A stretch of DNA of 64,000 bases, from the NCBI GenBank assembly GCA_964106915.2, contig OZ066915.1; one strand, 5' to 3'. The first letter of the stretch is position 1; each line of letters starts with the position of its first letter. Positions 11,393 through 24,543 of this stretch are shown here, in pieces. The translations under genes were made by a program, and so were the position numbers. The stretch comes from Podarcis gaigeae. Its lineage: Eukaryota. The notes below the pieces were generated by a model. The model was not told the origin of the DNA, made no database searches, and was given only the letters and a program-made list of their open reading frames with translations.

Positions 11393-12525
11393 AACTCTAG
11401 GCTTTGAGCATGTCTGCTTAAAGGCATGCTTTTTCTGTGATCAATTCCTTCTTACACTTTGGTAGAATCACTTCCTTCCATGATTGCCTGCTGAGCTGCC
11501 AAGCTAAGATCTGTCTGCCAACTTTTCCCTGCCATTAGTACTCACAGGCCTCTGCACATTTTGTGGATAAAATATATCTGCATACCTGGGAGGCCCCATG
11601 ATATGTATGGATCTGCTTCCTTCTCGTTCCCTCCTTTTTGCAGCCAGCTTATTGTCACATGGTATTTCCTGTTTGAAAATGTGGGGTGTGATTGTGATCT
11701 GCATGCAGTATACCTGTTCAACACTATATCCTCTTTCAGAGATACTAGGCACCTCAGAGTCCTTTATCCCATTTCCAGCTGGGTGAAAACAGCCACAGCA
11801 GAAATCTCAGGCACTGCCTTAGTTCTTAACTGCTATACCTTATTATATTCTTTGTTGATTAGTAGGAAGGTGGTAAAGGTATAGCACTCCATCAAAATAT
11901 TCATGAATTTGAAAATAAATTGCATGGAGATAAAGGTTCACATGTTTCTAGTTGCTCTTGAAACTTCCCCACCTCTTCCCCCCTGCATATTGCAAACATT
12001 TCCCCACTGAATAGAAAATGCTTTCCTTCACTATTCACTGCTGAGTCTGCTGCAGAATTACAGTAGATTCTTTCAACTGTGGATCTTAAAGCAAGGATTA
12101 CAGGCTGTTAAGTTTTTCAGCAAAATAGAACTTCATTTGCCTTGGCCCAAGATGTTTCAACACATTTATTCATAAGCAGGATGATTGGCATACCAAAGTA
12201 GATTCACAGTGTGTATTTGCCCTTCCATTGAGAAGAGATTTGCAGTCTGTCAGTTTAACTGTAGCCGACATTTCAGTCGAGGTTTTAATTTGTTTGTTTG
12301 GGATTTTGAATTGCTGTTAGGGGTTATACTCTTGAAAAGCATCCCTCCCCCCAAAAAAACTATTTTTATTCTTGCTCCATAAAGAAGAGTATTCACTTAT
12401 TCGGTTCAGCAGCCGATGTGGTGTACCTTCCATACTCTTCCCATCAGAAATAGATTCCATCATTTCAAAAAACTATGTTAACACAATTAGAGTCAACCAC
12501 AATGAAGTCAACTGCGTCTAACATA

Positions 12526-13076
12526 CCGTATTTTTCGCTCTATAGGACGCACTTTTCCTCCTCCAAAAATTAAGGGAAAATGTATGTGCGTCTTACAGGC
12601 TCAGCAGTGAATAGTGAAGGAAATGCGAATGCAGGCTCCTTGGCTTCAGCGATAGCAATGCGAAGCCTCCGAAGCACAGAGGGAGCGCTCCCTCCACGCT
12701 CCGGAGGCTTCGCGTTGCTTTCGCTGAAGCCTGGAGAATCGTTCTCCAGGCTTCAGGGATAGACTCTCCTGGCTTCAGCAAAAGGAACCTGAAGCCTCCG
12801 GAGCGCAGCGGGAGGTCCCGCGGTGCTCCGAAGGCTTTGGGTTGCTTTCGCTGAAGCCAGGAGTGCAAGACTCTCCTGGCTTCAGCAGAGAGGGAGAGCT
12901 GTGCAGCGCCCCTTCAGCGAAGTGGGAGGAGAAATTGGAAGGGGCTCCGTTTCTCCTGCCGCTTCGCTGAAGGGGCGCTAGGCAGAGAAGGGGAGATTTT
13001 TTTTCCTCTTGTTCTCCCCCCTATAAAACAAGGTGCATCCTATGGTTGGGTACGTCCTATAGAGCGAAAAATACGG
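12526..13076. mobile_element. Tc2/pogo-like MITE (551 bp) with multi-hairpin GC-rich interior
   Basis: TIRs CCGTATTTTTCGCTCTATAGGACG...CGTCCTATAGAGCGAAAAATACGG; TA at 12524-12525 and 13077-13078. Confidence 0.9.
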
Positions 13077-13086
13077 TACTTTGACT

Positions 13087-13825
13087 TGTGAGTCGAGGCC
13101 CCGTGCCCTGCTTTATGATGAAATAAGACACATGGACACCAGTATTTTAGGTTAATGGGCTAAAAATGGCCACAACTTTATTGGTTACAGAATGTGAGTA
13201 GTATTGGCTTAGGGCACTGGATCTGAACAGACTACATTTGACTCCTGCCCGCTCTACAGGGAGTCACACAACCTGTAGGGGGAGCCTGTTGATGCAAATC
13301 AACTGGAAGCTTTCCCCGTGAGTCACCAGAGGGTCGTGCCATGGCCCTAGCCACTACCTGGGCATCAGACAGGAACCATGAACACCAGATTCTTTTAACG
13401 GAACACCCATAAAGGGGAGGGGTAGGTGATGGCCACAACCTCCCCTCCAACACGCAACAGTGCCTAACCGCCAAACCTTACAAAGTTGTGACAATTTGCT
13501 ATGAGGTAGGCAAAAAACCAAATGGCTGGTGCCAATCTGCCAAGTGGGGGGGGGGGGGAAATTCCTACCAGGCCCCTTCAACAGGCGACCAACCGAGGTC
13601 CATAGTAAGGTCAGGTGTGGAATGCACGAGAATAGAGGGAAGGAGGGAGATCTATGTGTGCAGGAAACAAACAGGCTGAGCCACAGTCCCACACTCATTT
13701 AAGAGCGGCAAACCATGCCCCCCCCCCAGGCTGGCTGTGGGCCTGACACAGGCCAGGGACTCTCTGTGACGCAGTGGGCCATCCACGCCCACTGCGAAGC
13801 ATGGGAAGCAAGACCCGTTCACAAC
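13087..13825 (-). mobile_element. LTR-like element (probable solo LTR; superfamily unresolved), copy A
   Basis: TGTGA...TCACA ends; AATAAAGTTGTGGCC on - strand (13168-13182); about 150-bp core clearly homologous to 56947-57098. No TSD found; ends approximate. Confidence 0.65.
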
Positions 13826-15003
13826 CTCTCCCCTCGGGGAAGAGGAGAGGCTTTGTTGGCTAAAGTTTGCCTAATTGACTTCAGAAAGAGTGGTTTAACT
13901 GTCAGAATCAAAAAAAGGAAGTGTGTTTTTACTTTGGAAACACAAACTGTTGTATGTTACTAAGGGCATTCTTGTTGCGTAATGTAAACTCAGCTGGATC
14001 TGGCCTGCCTAAACCACAGGAAGTGGCCCCACAGCTTTATCTCCAGATCTGATTGGGAGATAACATTTTAGAGTGTTCTCTAAGTAGCAAACAGAGTGCT
14101 TTATCTCTCAGTTGGATAGAGAGATAAAAGATACCTTTAGAGAGGTGCCTTCTAAGAGTAAATCCCATACACAGCCTTCCTTGTCCTCAGCATCTTCAGT
14201 ATCCGTATATCTGCCAGACCTCTGAGTCATCACAGAATTGTAGCCCCTCGCTTGCAGGGCACCTGACTGTGGCAAGTCAACTGGGCACATTGAGACTGTT
14301 TCCCCCACCCTGGCCAAATTACAGCATAGCGCCTGGTCTTTATTAGTTGCCCAAAGGACTAGTAAAATTCTACCTTCATTGAGAGAGGATGAAGGTATCA
14401 GAATATGCCTTAATTTTTCTTTCAAGAACTAATGTTCGCTTTTGAGGCAGCTGTGAAGAGGGCATCCCAAGTCACAAGCCCTTGCATTGTTTCTTTATTC
14501 ACTGTAAACTGCTGGGGCAGATCTTCAAATTTAGTGAACCACTCAAACCACTCAAAATGACTCTTAAAACTGTATTTCTAAATGACAAGAGGGCCAGAGG
14601 AGCAGAAAAATGTTATTAGCACTAAGATTCATCTCCTATTAGAGGCTACTCCTGAAAATGCCTCTCATATGAGTGTGAATGGGAAAGAGCATGAGTTTTC
14701 AGCTGGGGTGTGGCGAGAACCTATGTAGAGACAGGACTAATTAAACTATCAGTGAAATAGACCAAATTATTTCAGATAGGCTGAAGTCAGATTTTTATTG
14801 TTTTGATTAAATCAAAAATTATGATGGAGGTGCACCCATAATAAATTGAAGAATTAGCATGTAGCATAAGAAAGCTGTCAGGTTCTGGCATATGAATGAG
14901 AAGGAATCATCAGAATGCACTACTTCTGGCTTGCCAGTGATGGGGTAGACAACAATGCTATGCTGTTTTAAAAAGGCCAAAGCTTTACTTGGTTGTATAA
15001 TGT

Positions 15004-15004
15004 T

Positions 15005-15071
<67 letters not shown>
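15004..15071. repeat. compound (TG)n(GA)n microsatellite
   Basis: Seen directly. Confidence 0.95.
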
Positions 15072-15073
<2 letters not shown>

Positions 15074-15260
15074 CTTACCAGTTACCTGCAACTGTGTTGC
15101 AGAGCTGAAAAGAGGCACACTCCGCCCCCTGCCAACAGATTGGTTACATAGGACCACAGACAGACCACACCCTTGTATTTCAGGAAGAACATCATGGCAA
15201 AGGGAAGACCAAACTAGTCCTATCCATTGTTGCTTGAAGCTCCCATGGAAGGAGCAGCCT

Positions 15261-15640
15261 TGGCCCAGTATACCTGAAGGAGCGTCTCCACCCCCATTGT
15301 TCAGCCCAGACATTGAGGTACATCTCCAAGGGCCTCCTGGTGATTCCCTCACTGTGAGAAGTGATGTTACAGGGAACCAGGCAGAGGGCCTTCTTGGTAG
15401 TGGGGCCCGCTCTGTCAAATGCCTGCCCATCATATGTCAAGGAAATAAACAACTATCTGACTTTTAGAAGACATATGAAGGCAGCCCTGTTCAGGGAACT
15501 TTTTAATGTCTGATGTTTTATTGCTTTATTATCATCATCATCATCATCACTTATGTTGGGAGCCTCCCAGAGTGGCTGGGGAAAGCCAGCCAGATGGGCA
15601 GGGTATAAATAAATTATTATTAATAATAATAATAATAATA
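15261..15640 (+). mobile_element. L2 LINE 3' fragment
   Basis: GGCCCAGTATACCTGAAGGAGCGTCTC (GPVYLKERL) ... ACCAGGCAGAGGGCCTTC (TRQRAF); terminal stem-loop CCCAGAGTGGCTGGGG...GGGTATAAAT; (AAT)n tail. Confidence 0.8.
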
Positions 15641-16552
15641 AAGCTTGCTTTCCTCTCACCACCTCTCCCCCCATTTTGTGAAGTATTAGAATCTGAACCT
15701 GGGCAAGAACTGTCTCAACTTTTAATACTTACAAAATTTAAGAAACTTTGGACAAAATTGCTAAACCTTTTTTTAAAGAAAAAAAACCCTACTGCTACTA
15801 CTTATTACTATTTTGCTAAATAATTATTCATAATAGGTTGTATCCATTGTTAGTTCTATGCAGAGTAGACCCATTTCAATTAATGGGCATGACTAATCTC
15901 AGCCAATGAATTTCAATGGATATACACTGCATAGGACTTACCAGTAGTTGGAGTCATCATGCCAAATAGAAAATCAAGTTGCTATAGTTATATCCATTGT
16001 ACAATGAAACTGGCAGCTTTAGCTTTAGGTGTGACCTTAGCCTTGTGCAGATTACATATTCAGAGACAAAGAAAGTGTGCCCTTTGGCCTGCCCTCCAAC
16101 CTTCACATATTAATTCACCCTTGTGACCAACTCAGTACAGCATGCAGACTCAGAAGGCTACATAAACACAGGGAACTGGGATGAATAGTACTGGTGGCAC
16201 AACCCTGACCCTTCCTTTAGTTGTTTTCTCTGGATGTGTTGTCTGCCCAAGGCTACTGAACCAATGGCATGTGCTGCTGAAGCAAAACAGTGAAGAAGCT
16301 TCTAGGATCAACAAAAGCCATGGGATGCAGTTCAAGCAGGCTGAAAGGAACCGTGCTTCACACCTGATGGAGTGGCACATACTTATTTAAATCTTTGTTT
16401 TACAGCACCAGTCATGAAAATTCATAGAGGGGAAAAACAATAAAAACAACATTCAGTAAACCAAAACAAATTACATCAATAAATCAGCGAAAGCAACAGT
16501 CCCAGTAAACGGCCAATAAAATAAGCACAACTACCCTGAAAGTACCGGTAAA

Positions 16553-16903
16553 GGTAAAGGTACCCCTGCCCGTACGGGCCAGTCGTGTCCGACTCTAGGG
16601 TTGTGCGCTCATCTCACTTAAGAGGCCGGGGGCCAGCACTGTCCGGAGACACTTCCGGGTCACGTGGCCAGCGTGATGAAGCTGCCCTGGCGAGCCAGCA
16701 CCAGCGCTGCACACGGAAACAGCGTTTACCTTCCCACTATAAAGCGGTACCTATTTATCTACTTGCACTTAGGGGTGCTTTCGAACTGCTAGGTGGGCAG
16801 GAGCTGGGACCGAATGGTGGGAGCTCACCCCGCCGCGGGGATTCGAACCGCCGACCATACGATCGGCGAGTCCTAGGCACTGAGGTTTTACCCACAGCGC
16901 CAC
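16553..16903 (-). mobile_element. Sauria (Squam1) SINE
   Basis: Minus-strand tRNA-like head GGGTGGCGCTGTGGG...GGTTCGAATCCC, (ACCTTT)n tail; TSD CCCTGA[A/C]AGTACCGGTAAA on both sides. Confidence 0.92.
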
Positions 16904-17249
16904 CCCTGACAGTACCGGTAAATAGTGTTAAAAATGAAAGTTCTTCTGAAAAGTGACAGCCTTCAACTGCCAAAAAAAAAAAACTAGCAGGGACAAGACT
17001 AAATGAATCTCTTTTGGAGGATAATTCTAGAGCATTGGGGCTGATCCTTGTAGACTCCCCATAAAATGTTGCTAAGTTGATCCCAGAGAACACAAAACAA
17101 AGAAGAGGTAAGAAAAACATGCTTGCTTCCTAATGAGGTTTTCACAGCCATAACCACTGCAAGCTGACTCTGAATGTTTATATTGTTTTTATCAATCTGC
17201 AATGCCATGGGTACATCCTTGCAATGAGTGTGAAACTAATATGGAGAAG

Positions 17250-17378
17250 TTACAGATAGGTAGCCGTGTTGGTCTGCCATAGTCAAAACAAAAAAAATTC
17301 CTTCCAGTAGCACCTTAAAGACCAACTAAGTTAGTTCTTGGTATGAGCTTTCGTGTGCATGCACACTTCTTCAGATAC
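17250..17378 (-). mobile_element. Penelope-like element pseudo-LTR 3' fragment (different family from 6500-7018)
   Basis: Minus strand: hammerhead core followed by GTTGGTCTTTAAGGTGCTAC...CAGACCAACACGGCTACC, which I recognise as a reptile PLE terminus; flanked by ATA[T/C]GGAGAAG repeats. Confidence 0.8.
17341..17378 (-). ncRNA. minimal type I hammerhead ribozyme motif
   Basis: Minus strand GTAT-CTGAAGA-A-GTGTG-CATG-CACAC-GAAA-GC-TC-ATAC: stem I GTAT/ATAC, stem II 5 bp, palindromic stem III AGCT, intact core. Confidence 0.8.
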
Positions 17379-20300
17379 GGAGAAGAACTTCTTCAGATAT
17401 GGAGAAGGTTTGGGTGGGAGAAACCTAAGTTAAAATCCTCATCTCTGCCAAATTGCATGTTATAGCAGATCTTGAGCTGTAGCCATATATGGCTGGCCAA
17501 TGCCATGTTCTTCACTTTTGCATTTCAGTGTAGGTTTGCTTACTTATACTGTTACTACATCATCTCAACATTAATTTACCAGCCTCTCATTGGCAGTAGC
17601 CAACAAACTGGAGAACTGGGGCAGGGCAATGCATGATGTGACAATGGGAAGACTTGGGGCAAATGTTGGGTTCATTTGTCCCTGTTTGCTGTAATATGCT
17701 CACTGAGATAACTTGGGGCCCAACCCTACATCCCATAGTCATCAAGAAGTAAAAGATGCATCTTAAGTGTTTTAAAAGTGGGTGCGAAGTAAATTGTTTA
17801 GTGTGAGTAATTGCACTTATCAATTGGTATTTCCCTAACTAACCTTTGCTTGTTTCTCCTTACATTCATATAGCCATTATTTCCTCGTATTTTTGGCATG
17901 CTGCTAGCTGGCTTCTTTTTGTTGTTGTTTGCTTTGGGATTGCAAAAAAGCCTAAGATTCAACAGCACAGGCTTTTCTCACATGCTTTCTTCCCAGATCC
18001 ATTAACCACTCCCCCAGCACAGTTTGACAAACAGTAATAGGAAATCCAGCTGTGCAGGTGGGAAAGGAGGAAAGACAAAAGAACTCTGGGGAAATGGACA
18101 GGAGAAGACATAGTTGTTGAGTCTCTCCCTTAATCAATAAATGTAAAGATATAGCAACAATTTCCAGGTTGTAACTGACAACCCTAGTTACACTTTCTGA
18201 ACTACAGCTAATTAGGTCTTGGTCCAATAAATCATTTTAAAACATACATTTTTGCACAATGTGTCTCTCTGTTTCATGTCCACATAGTAAATTATTATAG
18301 GTATGAAAATGTTACAGGCATTAACATTGAAAGACCTGTTTTCCAGCAATCCTACATGAATTCTATTTACTACCAAGAACAGCCATAACTTGAACACTAT
18401 CTCTTTAGAGAGACGTACAGCAAGAACCCTTCTATGGGTGTTTAAAATCTAGTCTTTTTAAACCTGTGAGATAATATGAATGCTGCATAGGTGATAACAT
18501 CCGCAGGCAGGCAGAAATAAGATAATAAAAAATATTTTTTTCTGTCTGGGTTCTGAATGCTGGCAGGTCATACTTTTGACTCAAAGCACATACGCTTCTG
18601 GAACTGAGCAAGACAGAGAGATAAAGTTAAAACGAACACACATCTCTGTCAAGCTGAAAAGACAAAATGTTCATAATAGAAGCCACTCTAAAGCTATTTT
18701 GTTTCTGACGTATTAGTGGAAAAGGCATTAATACAATGCCTTTTCCACTTAAAAGATTTGCAATGTATTTTTTTTCCTTTTTAAAACCCTGTTATTAATA
18801 AATTGAAGTTGCTTATCAGACCATTTCTAACAGCTAGAAGAAAGTGAAATCTTGAGAAAAGCCAGTTTAGCTGATAACCATATTTTATACTTTATTTTAA
18901 ATCTGAAGGTTTTTAGGGTTGAGAGCTGTTTTTCTGCCACCAAGTACTAAGTATAGATTTGGTGGTGGTGGTGGTTTTTTACCTTTTCACTTCAAAATGA
19001 TCTGATTTGTATATTGAATATTATATGAACTTGTGCAAGAGGGTTGTGCAGTATTTCTGCTGAGAAGTTCTGGGTGAAATGACTGGTGGGTTGAGTGTGG
19101 CAATTAATACCTCACATTTGCGTTTGCTATATCTTAACATAACCTAAGCCCAACTTATGTTGTCTGTTGGTCTTTTGGTCTAAAAGCCCAATAGGGAATG
19201 CAATCCAGGCTGTTAGAGTATTTGGCAGGCTTCTATGTGATACAAAAGTTAAAACAACGATATATTTGTAGATGATCAATTCAGACTCACATCATAAAAC
19301 TAGCACCTGCTATGCAAATTGTTCCCCTTGGGAAGTTGGCGCTCTTATTTTTCCTCTTCCATAGCCAGTCCCCATTCAGCAACATTTCCCTCGCAGTTTC
19401 AACTATAGAGCATGCCATAATAATATCCATCCTTGATTATTCTTTGGCATCTACGGAGCCGCATTAGCAATCACATTGATGGATTAAGTGGAACACATGA
19501 ATGAAGAAGCAGACAATATTAACTAATTGCAGTTGTTGAGTAGATGGGAAAGAGATGGATGTGGCGTGGTAGGACTCAATCGATCATCAGCTTGAAGGAA
19601 CAAGTAGAAGGTTATGACCCCTCATAGTTGGACTTTTTGAAACAAAAGCAATGTTGAACAGCTCAGGGACTAAATGCATCTTTCAACTGGTTTCTAGTTT
19701 TAGGGCTCTTCCAGACAAGTTGCTCATTGAGCAATCATTCTGCTTTGGTTGCTTAGAGGCAATATGACATTGCTGTCATCCCACACTTTCCTGTTCATTT
19801 TCTGTCACTTTTCTTACCACAGAAATGTTGTTGTATGCAAGAGGGCCAGATTTGCTTTAATTGCACAACTGAAATTTGCTGGCAGAGTACTGAATATCAT
19901 CTACAAAATAGTATAGTCCGAAAGTAGCCTTAGACTATGTTTGGAAGTTAGCACTTTCACAGCATGCATTCAACCAAATAGCAACAAACATGTTGCTTTA
20001 AAAAAAACAAAAACCATGCAAAGCATGACACTGCTCAGTAGCCATCTAACCAGGGCATTTCGTTAGAGTAGAAGATGAGCTTGAATGCCACCTTTTGAAA
20101 AGTTAATTAGCAACTTAATAATCTGCAACCACAGCAACTATTTTTTTAAAAACCAACCCATAAGATGGAGTTGTTGACTTCTTCTAGCAAGATTCTGTAC
20201 AGAAAAACATATGTGCAAGTTACACAAGGGGACTGTGTGTGGGTTGCACATATGGCTTGCAAACTTTTCTCCCCCTTAATGCTCCTGCTCCTGTGATCTC

Positions 20301-21559
20301 GGGTCCCTGGTAGTCACAGCTTCTTGTGCTTTTGCCTCCTAGCTATGATTATATGGCATCATTTTTAAGATACTTAAATTTTTGCAGGCATTCTTTCGTG
20401 CAAAGATGTAGACATATTGCAATATTTGGGTAGCATCACTGTGAGCTTTATGAATTTGGACCCACCCGATTTCACAAATCATTTGCATAAATTTTAATAT
20501 GTATACCTCACCCTTTTTGGTTCAATCCAGAGTATTTTACTATTCACCTATCTTAATTAATGAGGAGTTAGTTTGTTAAGGAAAGTGAATGCATTCTAGA
20601 AGATTAACACTGCCATATACTGACAGAACTGGTTTTTGATACCAAGGCTTTGATTGCAGGCTTCTATCTCTCTCTCTTTTTGGTTGGCTTTTTTATTTTA
20701 TGATATCGTGATGGGGTTGCTTCTGTAGATGCAAGCTTCCTAATAGTGCTATTTATCACTGTGACAAAGGCTCAAGCAGAAGAAAGCTTTAACTGAATGA
20801 AAGAATAGCATTTTTATTATTTTAGCAGCTGAATGTGATATTACAACAGAGTTTGAATTGTGCAGCAAATTGCAAACTGAGGCAAAATTGTTTTAAAGAG
20901 CATCCATATGTGTTTTCTAAACCATGATAAAGGCATTCGGTGATGTTTTAAAATGTTTTTCTTGTCTCGGCTAAACTGCTCTGATGTGCTTTCATATTAG
21001 GGCAAAGCAGTGGGATTGCTATTTCTTCCAAATGCTTGGGGTAGAATTTATATATTGTTATGAAATCTAGAAAGCCAATATCACATGGAGCTACTTCACA
21101 CATGATATTTACAGTACCTCAATCATGGTTAAAGGGGTGGGCCATTAGACCTTGGGAGGCCCTCTGTCCTTACTAGAGCAAATTCCCTCCACATGCCCTC
21201 CTAGCCTTACTCTTGATTAGGTGTAATGTTAGCCAGGATTCAGGTTCATTATTTTTATTCTTTAACACAAAAACAAAGGGCTGATTTTTTACAAAAGGGT
21301 ATGAAACATACAAATGGACCTTGGATGGGCATGTCGTAAAACAAGTTAGTAATTGAAAATACTTGAGAGTTACTTTTCAGTCCATTCTATCCAGGTCACT
21401 TTGAATTCAAAATATTGCATTGAGTGCATGGACTATTCCAGTGGCATTGTTGAGGTTCTGCTGTGCAAAGGATGGTGAGCATATACCTTTAGTTTGAAGG
21501 TGCCCCCAAAACAAAGGAATTACCAAAATTATGTACATAATCCAGGTGTGCATATTAGG

Positions 21560-21611
21560 AATGAATGAATGAATGAATCAATCAATCAATCAATCAATCA
21601 GTCAATCAATC
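21560..21611. repeat. (GAAT)n(CAAT)n tetranucleotide microsatellite
   Basis: Seen directly. Confidence 0.9.
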
Positions 21612-23715
21612 GCAAGAGAGGAGAGGACACAAACTATTTTTTTGAGATCTTTGGTGCCCCAGCAGTATAGGCTTTGTCTATATTCATCCTCAACAGATTA
21701 TGACTACCTATCCCTGGCTTTTTTTTTGATAGCTCAACTTGCTCCTGGATTCAGCAACAAAGTCAACACCATCTTCTGTCACTTGGGTTAGAAAAAGCAA
21801 CCAGCTACATTAAAGGGGCTTCTAGATCATAACTTGCAAAATTTGTCAAGTCTGACATATTGGGGGTGTTTTTTTCCACCACTGTCCTTTTGTCTAGAAC
21901 CTAAAAGAGATCATTGATTTGCTAGGTATTTAGCAATTTTGAATATCCCTAGGTAACAGAAGAACATTTCCATGTGCTGGTTCAGTTCTTTGCTATCAGC
22001 ATTTAGGGTCAATTTGCCAGGCTGCCCTTGGCACTTGACAGTTTGTCCCTTGCAAAAACAGCTCAATTGAAACAATAGCTCATGTCCTCCTATACTGTAA
22101 CTTTTATAGAAAGATACCAATCTGAGCTAAAGATTTTAGAAGGAATGACTATAGCAGGCACCAAATTGCCAATAGACATTATTTCTATTTATAACTCTTT
22201 CTGATTATTCATGGAGTTTCTTATACTCTCATGTTAAAAGGTGCATGCATGTATTGTCTTGATAACTGTATGTACTGTATTTGATGTTATGATTTGTAGA
22301 CCAGATATACTGAAAGCGATCATAGAAAAGCACAACCTAAAACAATATAACATTTAGTAACCTTAATAATACTTAACTAGCAAAACTATGCAAAATATAA
22401 ATGAATCTTTAAAATAGAGTTGGCGTTACCCTTGACAATTATTTAAAAGGCTTCTATCAGGAATGCCAGTCCTATTTTTAAGGAGTTTATATTTAATTTT
22501 TAGATATAAATATAATATTTTTAAACAGACATTTATATGGCACTTTGTTCATTGAATGCCCTTTAAATTTAATTTCATAAATCATGCAGTGGTTGATTTT
22601 TCTTATTTCTCTTGGGCAGGAAGCCAGCTTCAGATCAATGGTTTCAAATCCTGGGTATTGCTAAATTCTGCTTGGCACCAAGACATTGTAGATATGTTTG
22701 TATGCTAAGAAGGGATACAATTTTTTTTAGTTGACTATGATAATTTGATGGACTGTAACATAGCAAATGTACAAAACTACTCAAACAGAGGAATCTTAGT
22801 ATTGTGCAACTGCAACAGATTGGAGGGTGGGCACAATGTCAGTGGACATTGGACTACCAAGTGTCAAATTTTATTTTATCCATGGTGTCATTCACTCCTG
22901 TATGAAAAAGGAGGCCATAGTTCTCATACCATTGGTGATTCAGGGGTAGCAGAGGCTTTCAATATCACAATATAGAATCTAAAATCCAACAAGTTAAAAA
23001 AGACCCTAGATCTGAAACCCCATAATATAACAGTTAAAGTACTGAAGAGAAGAAGTGAGAACATCAATGACACAGTCAAGATAGCCATTCATTTTTGAAG
23101 TTTCAGATATCCAGAGTGGTACATTGCAGGCTTTTCAATAGCTTTAGAAACGTTCATAATCTAAAAATGGGCACATTGCAAAGCACAAGGAAATGTGAAC
23201 ATTGTAGTAGACAAAGTCATAGGAGTGACCTCAGCTGTGCATTGCCCCATTTTAGAATATTTCCTATGAGATTAAAAAATAAAATCAGCTTAACAATATA
23301 TTCCTTAAATAGCAGGCCACTGGAAACAGAAATATAAAATCATAGTATCTAGCTCACTCATCAACTGAATGAGCTTCTTCGTACATACCAACTTTAATAT
23401 TAAGCTAGTTGTCAACATTGGTTATACTGAATGGGGTTTTCTTCTTGTTACTTTTCATTTTAGAAGGATCCCTAAAATAGTTTAAAAGCATATAAAGCTA
23501 CATTGTAAGGCTGTCCTCCTAGCTGAGTATTAGCAGCCCTGACTGGCAACTGCAATCCAGGGTGTCAGGCAAGAGTCTTTTCTCCCCCTACCTGATGATG
23601 CCAGAATTCAAATATGGTGCTTTCTGCATGCATGTGCTCGAATAACATGTTAGGGAGAATGCTAGACAAAAAATGCTTCCACTTAAAATTGTAGCTCTCT
23701 ATGTATAATCTGTTT

Positions 23716-24070
23716 GGGACGCGGGTGGCGCTGTGGGTTAAACCACAGAGCCTAGGACTTGCCAATCAGAAGGTTGGTGGTTCGAATCCCCGTGACGGGG
23801 TGAGCTCCCATTGCTCGGTCCCTGCTCCTGCCAACCTAGCAGTTCAAAAGCATGTCAAAGTGCAAGTAGATAAATAGGTACCGCTCTGGCGGGAAGGTAA
23901 ACGGCATTTCCGTGCGCTGCTCTGGTTCACCAGAAGCGGCTTAGTCATGCTGGCCACATGACCCGGAAGCTGTACGCCGGCTCCCCCGGCCAGTAAAGCT
24001 AGATGAGTGCCGCAGCCCCAGAGTCAGTCACGACTGGACCTAATGGTCAGGGGGTCCCTTTACCTTTACC
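23716..24070 (+). mobile_element. Sauria (Squam1) SINE, full length
   Basis: GGGACGCGGGTGGCGCTGTGGG head, box B GGTTCGAATCCC, CCTTTACCTTTACC tail; TSD CTATG[T/C]ATAATCT. Confidence 0.93.
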
Positions 24071-24543
24071 TATGCATAATCTTAGCTTCACTTTCCCATT
24101 CAATACATCCATCTCTTATCTAAAACATATAAAATACATTCTGGATATCCCTATCATCCACATTTCTATTACTGTATCTTAAATAATTATTTTTGTTGTT
24201 GTTGTTGCTGCTGGTGCTGGTGCTGCTGGTGCTTTTTTGTTATTATATGCTGTTTTTATGCTATTGCTAGTTTTCATGTTATTTCTGTCTCCTACAGCTT
24301 TTATTGTTTTTCTCGTACAACCAATAACAATAATCATTTTGTTATATAACTACTGGAAATAAACAATATTGCTTTGCCAGCAATTACAAATTCACTCTTT
24401 AGCTGGCCCTGAAATGTGCTTAGGCAGAATTAGATCCAAAAGGATTCCATGCACAAAATTTAGATTGTTTTCAGGCTTAGATTTGGCAGAGACTTGTCTT
24501 AGTTGTCTATCACATTCACACAGACCCCCGCCTTCTCTTCCAG

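Noticed and set aside
12642-12890. Repeated motifs as a CRISPR-like array or hammerhead series
   Set aside because: Eukaryotic context; repeats alternate in orientation inside MITE TIRs; CTGAAG is followed by C or G, not the A needed for CUGANGA.
14819-15467. Long overlapping ORFs (204 aa and 170 aa)
   Set aside because: They run through a (TG)n(GA)n microsatellite and an L2 fragment; no protein-like signal.
23716-23800. tRNA gene-like A/B boxes
   Set aside because: They are the tRNA-derived head of a Sauria SINE; no cloverleaf. The same applies to the other SINE copies.
24521-24543. Upstream CAG at 24521-24523 as the exon acceptor
   Set aside because: Weak pyrimidine tract and 20 nt further upstream, which changes the phase relative to the expected phase-2 junction.
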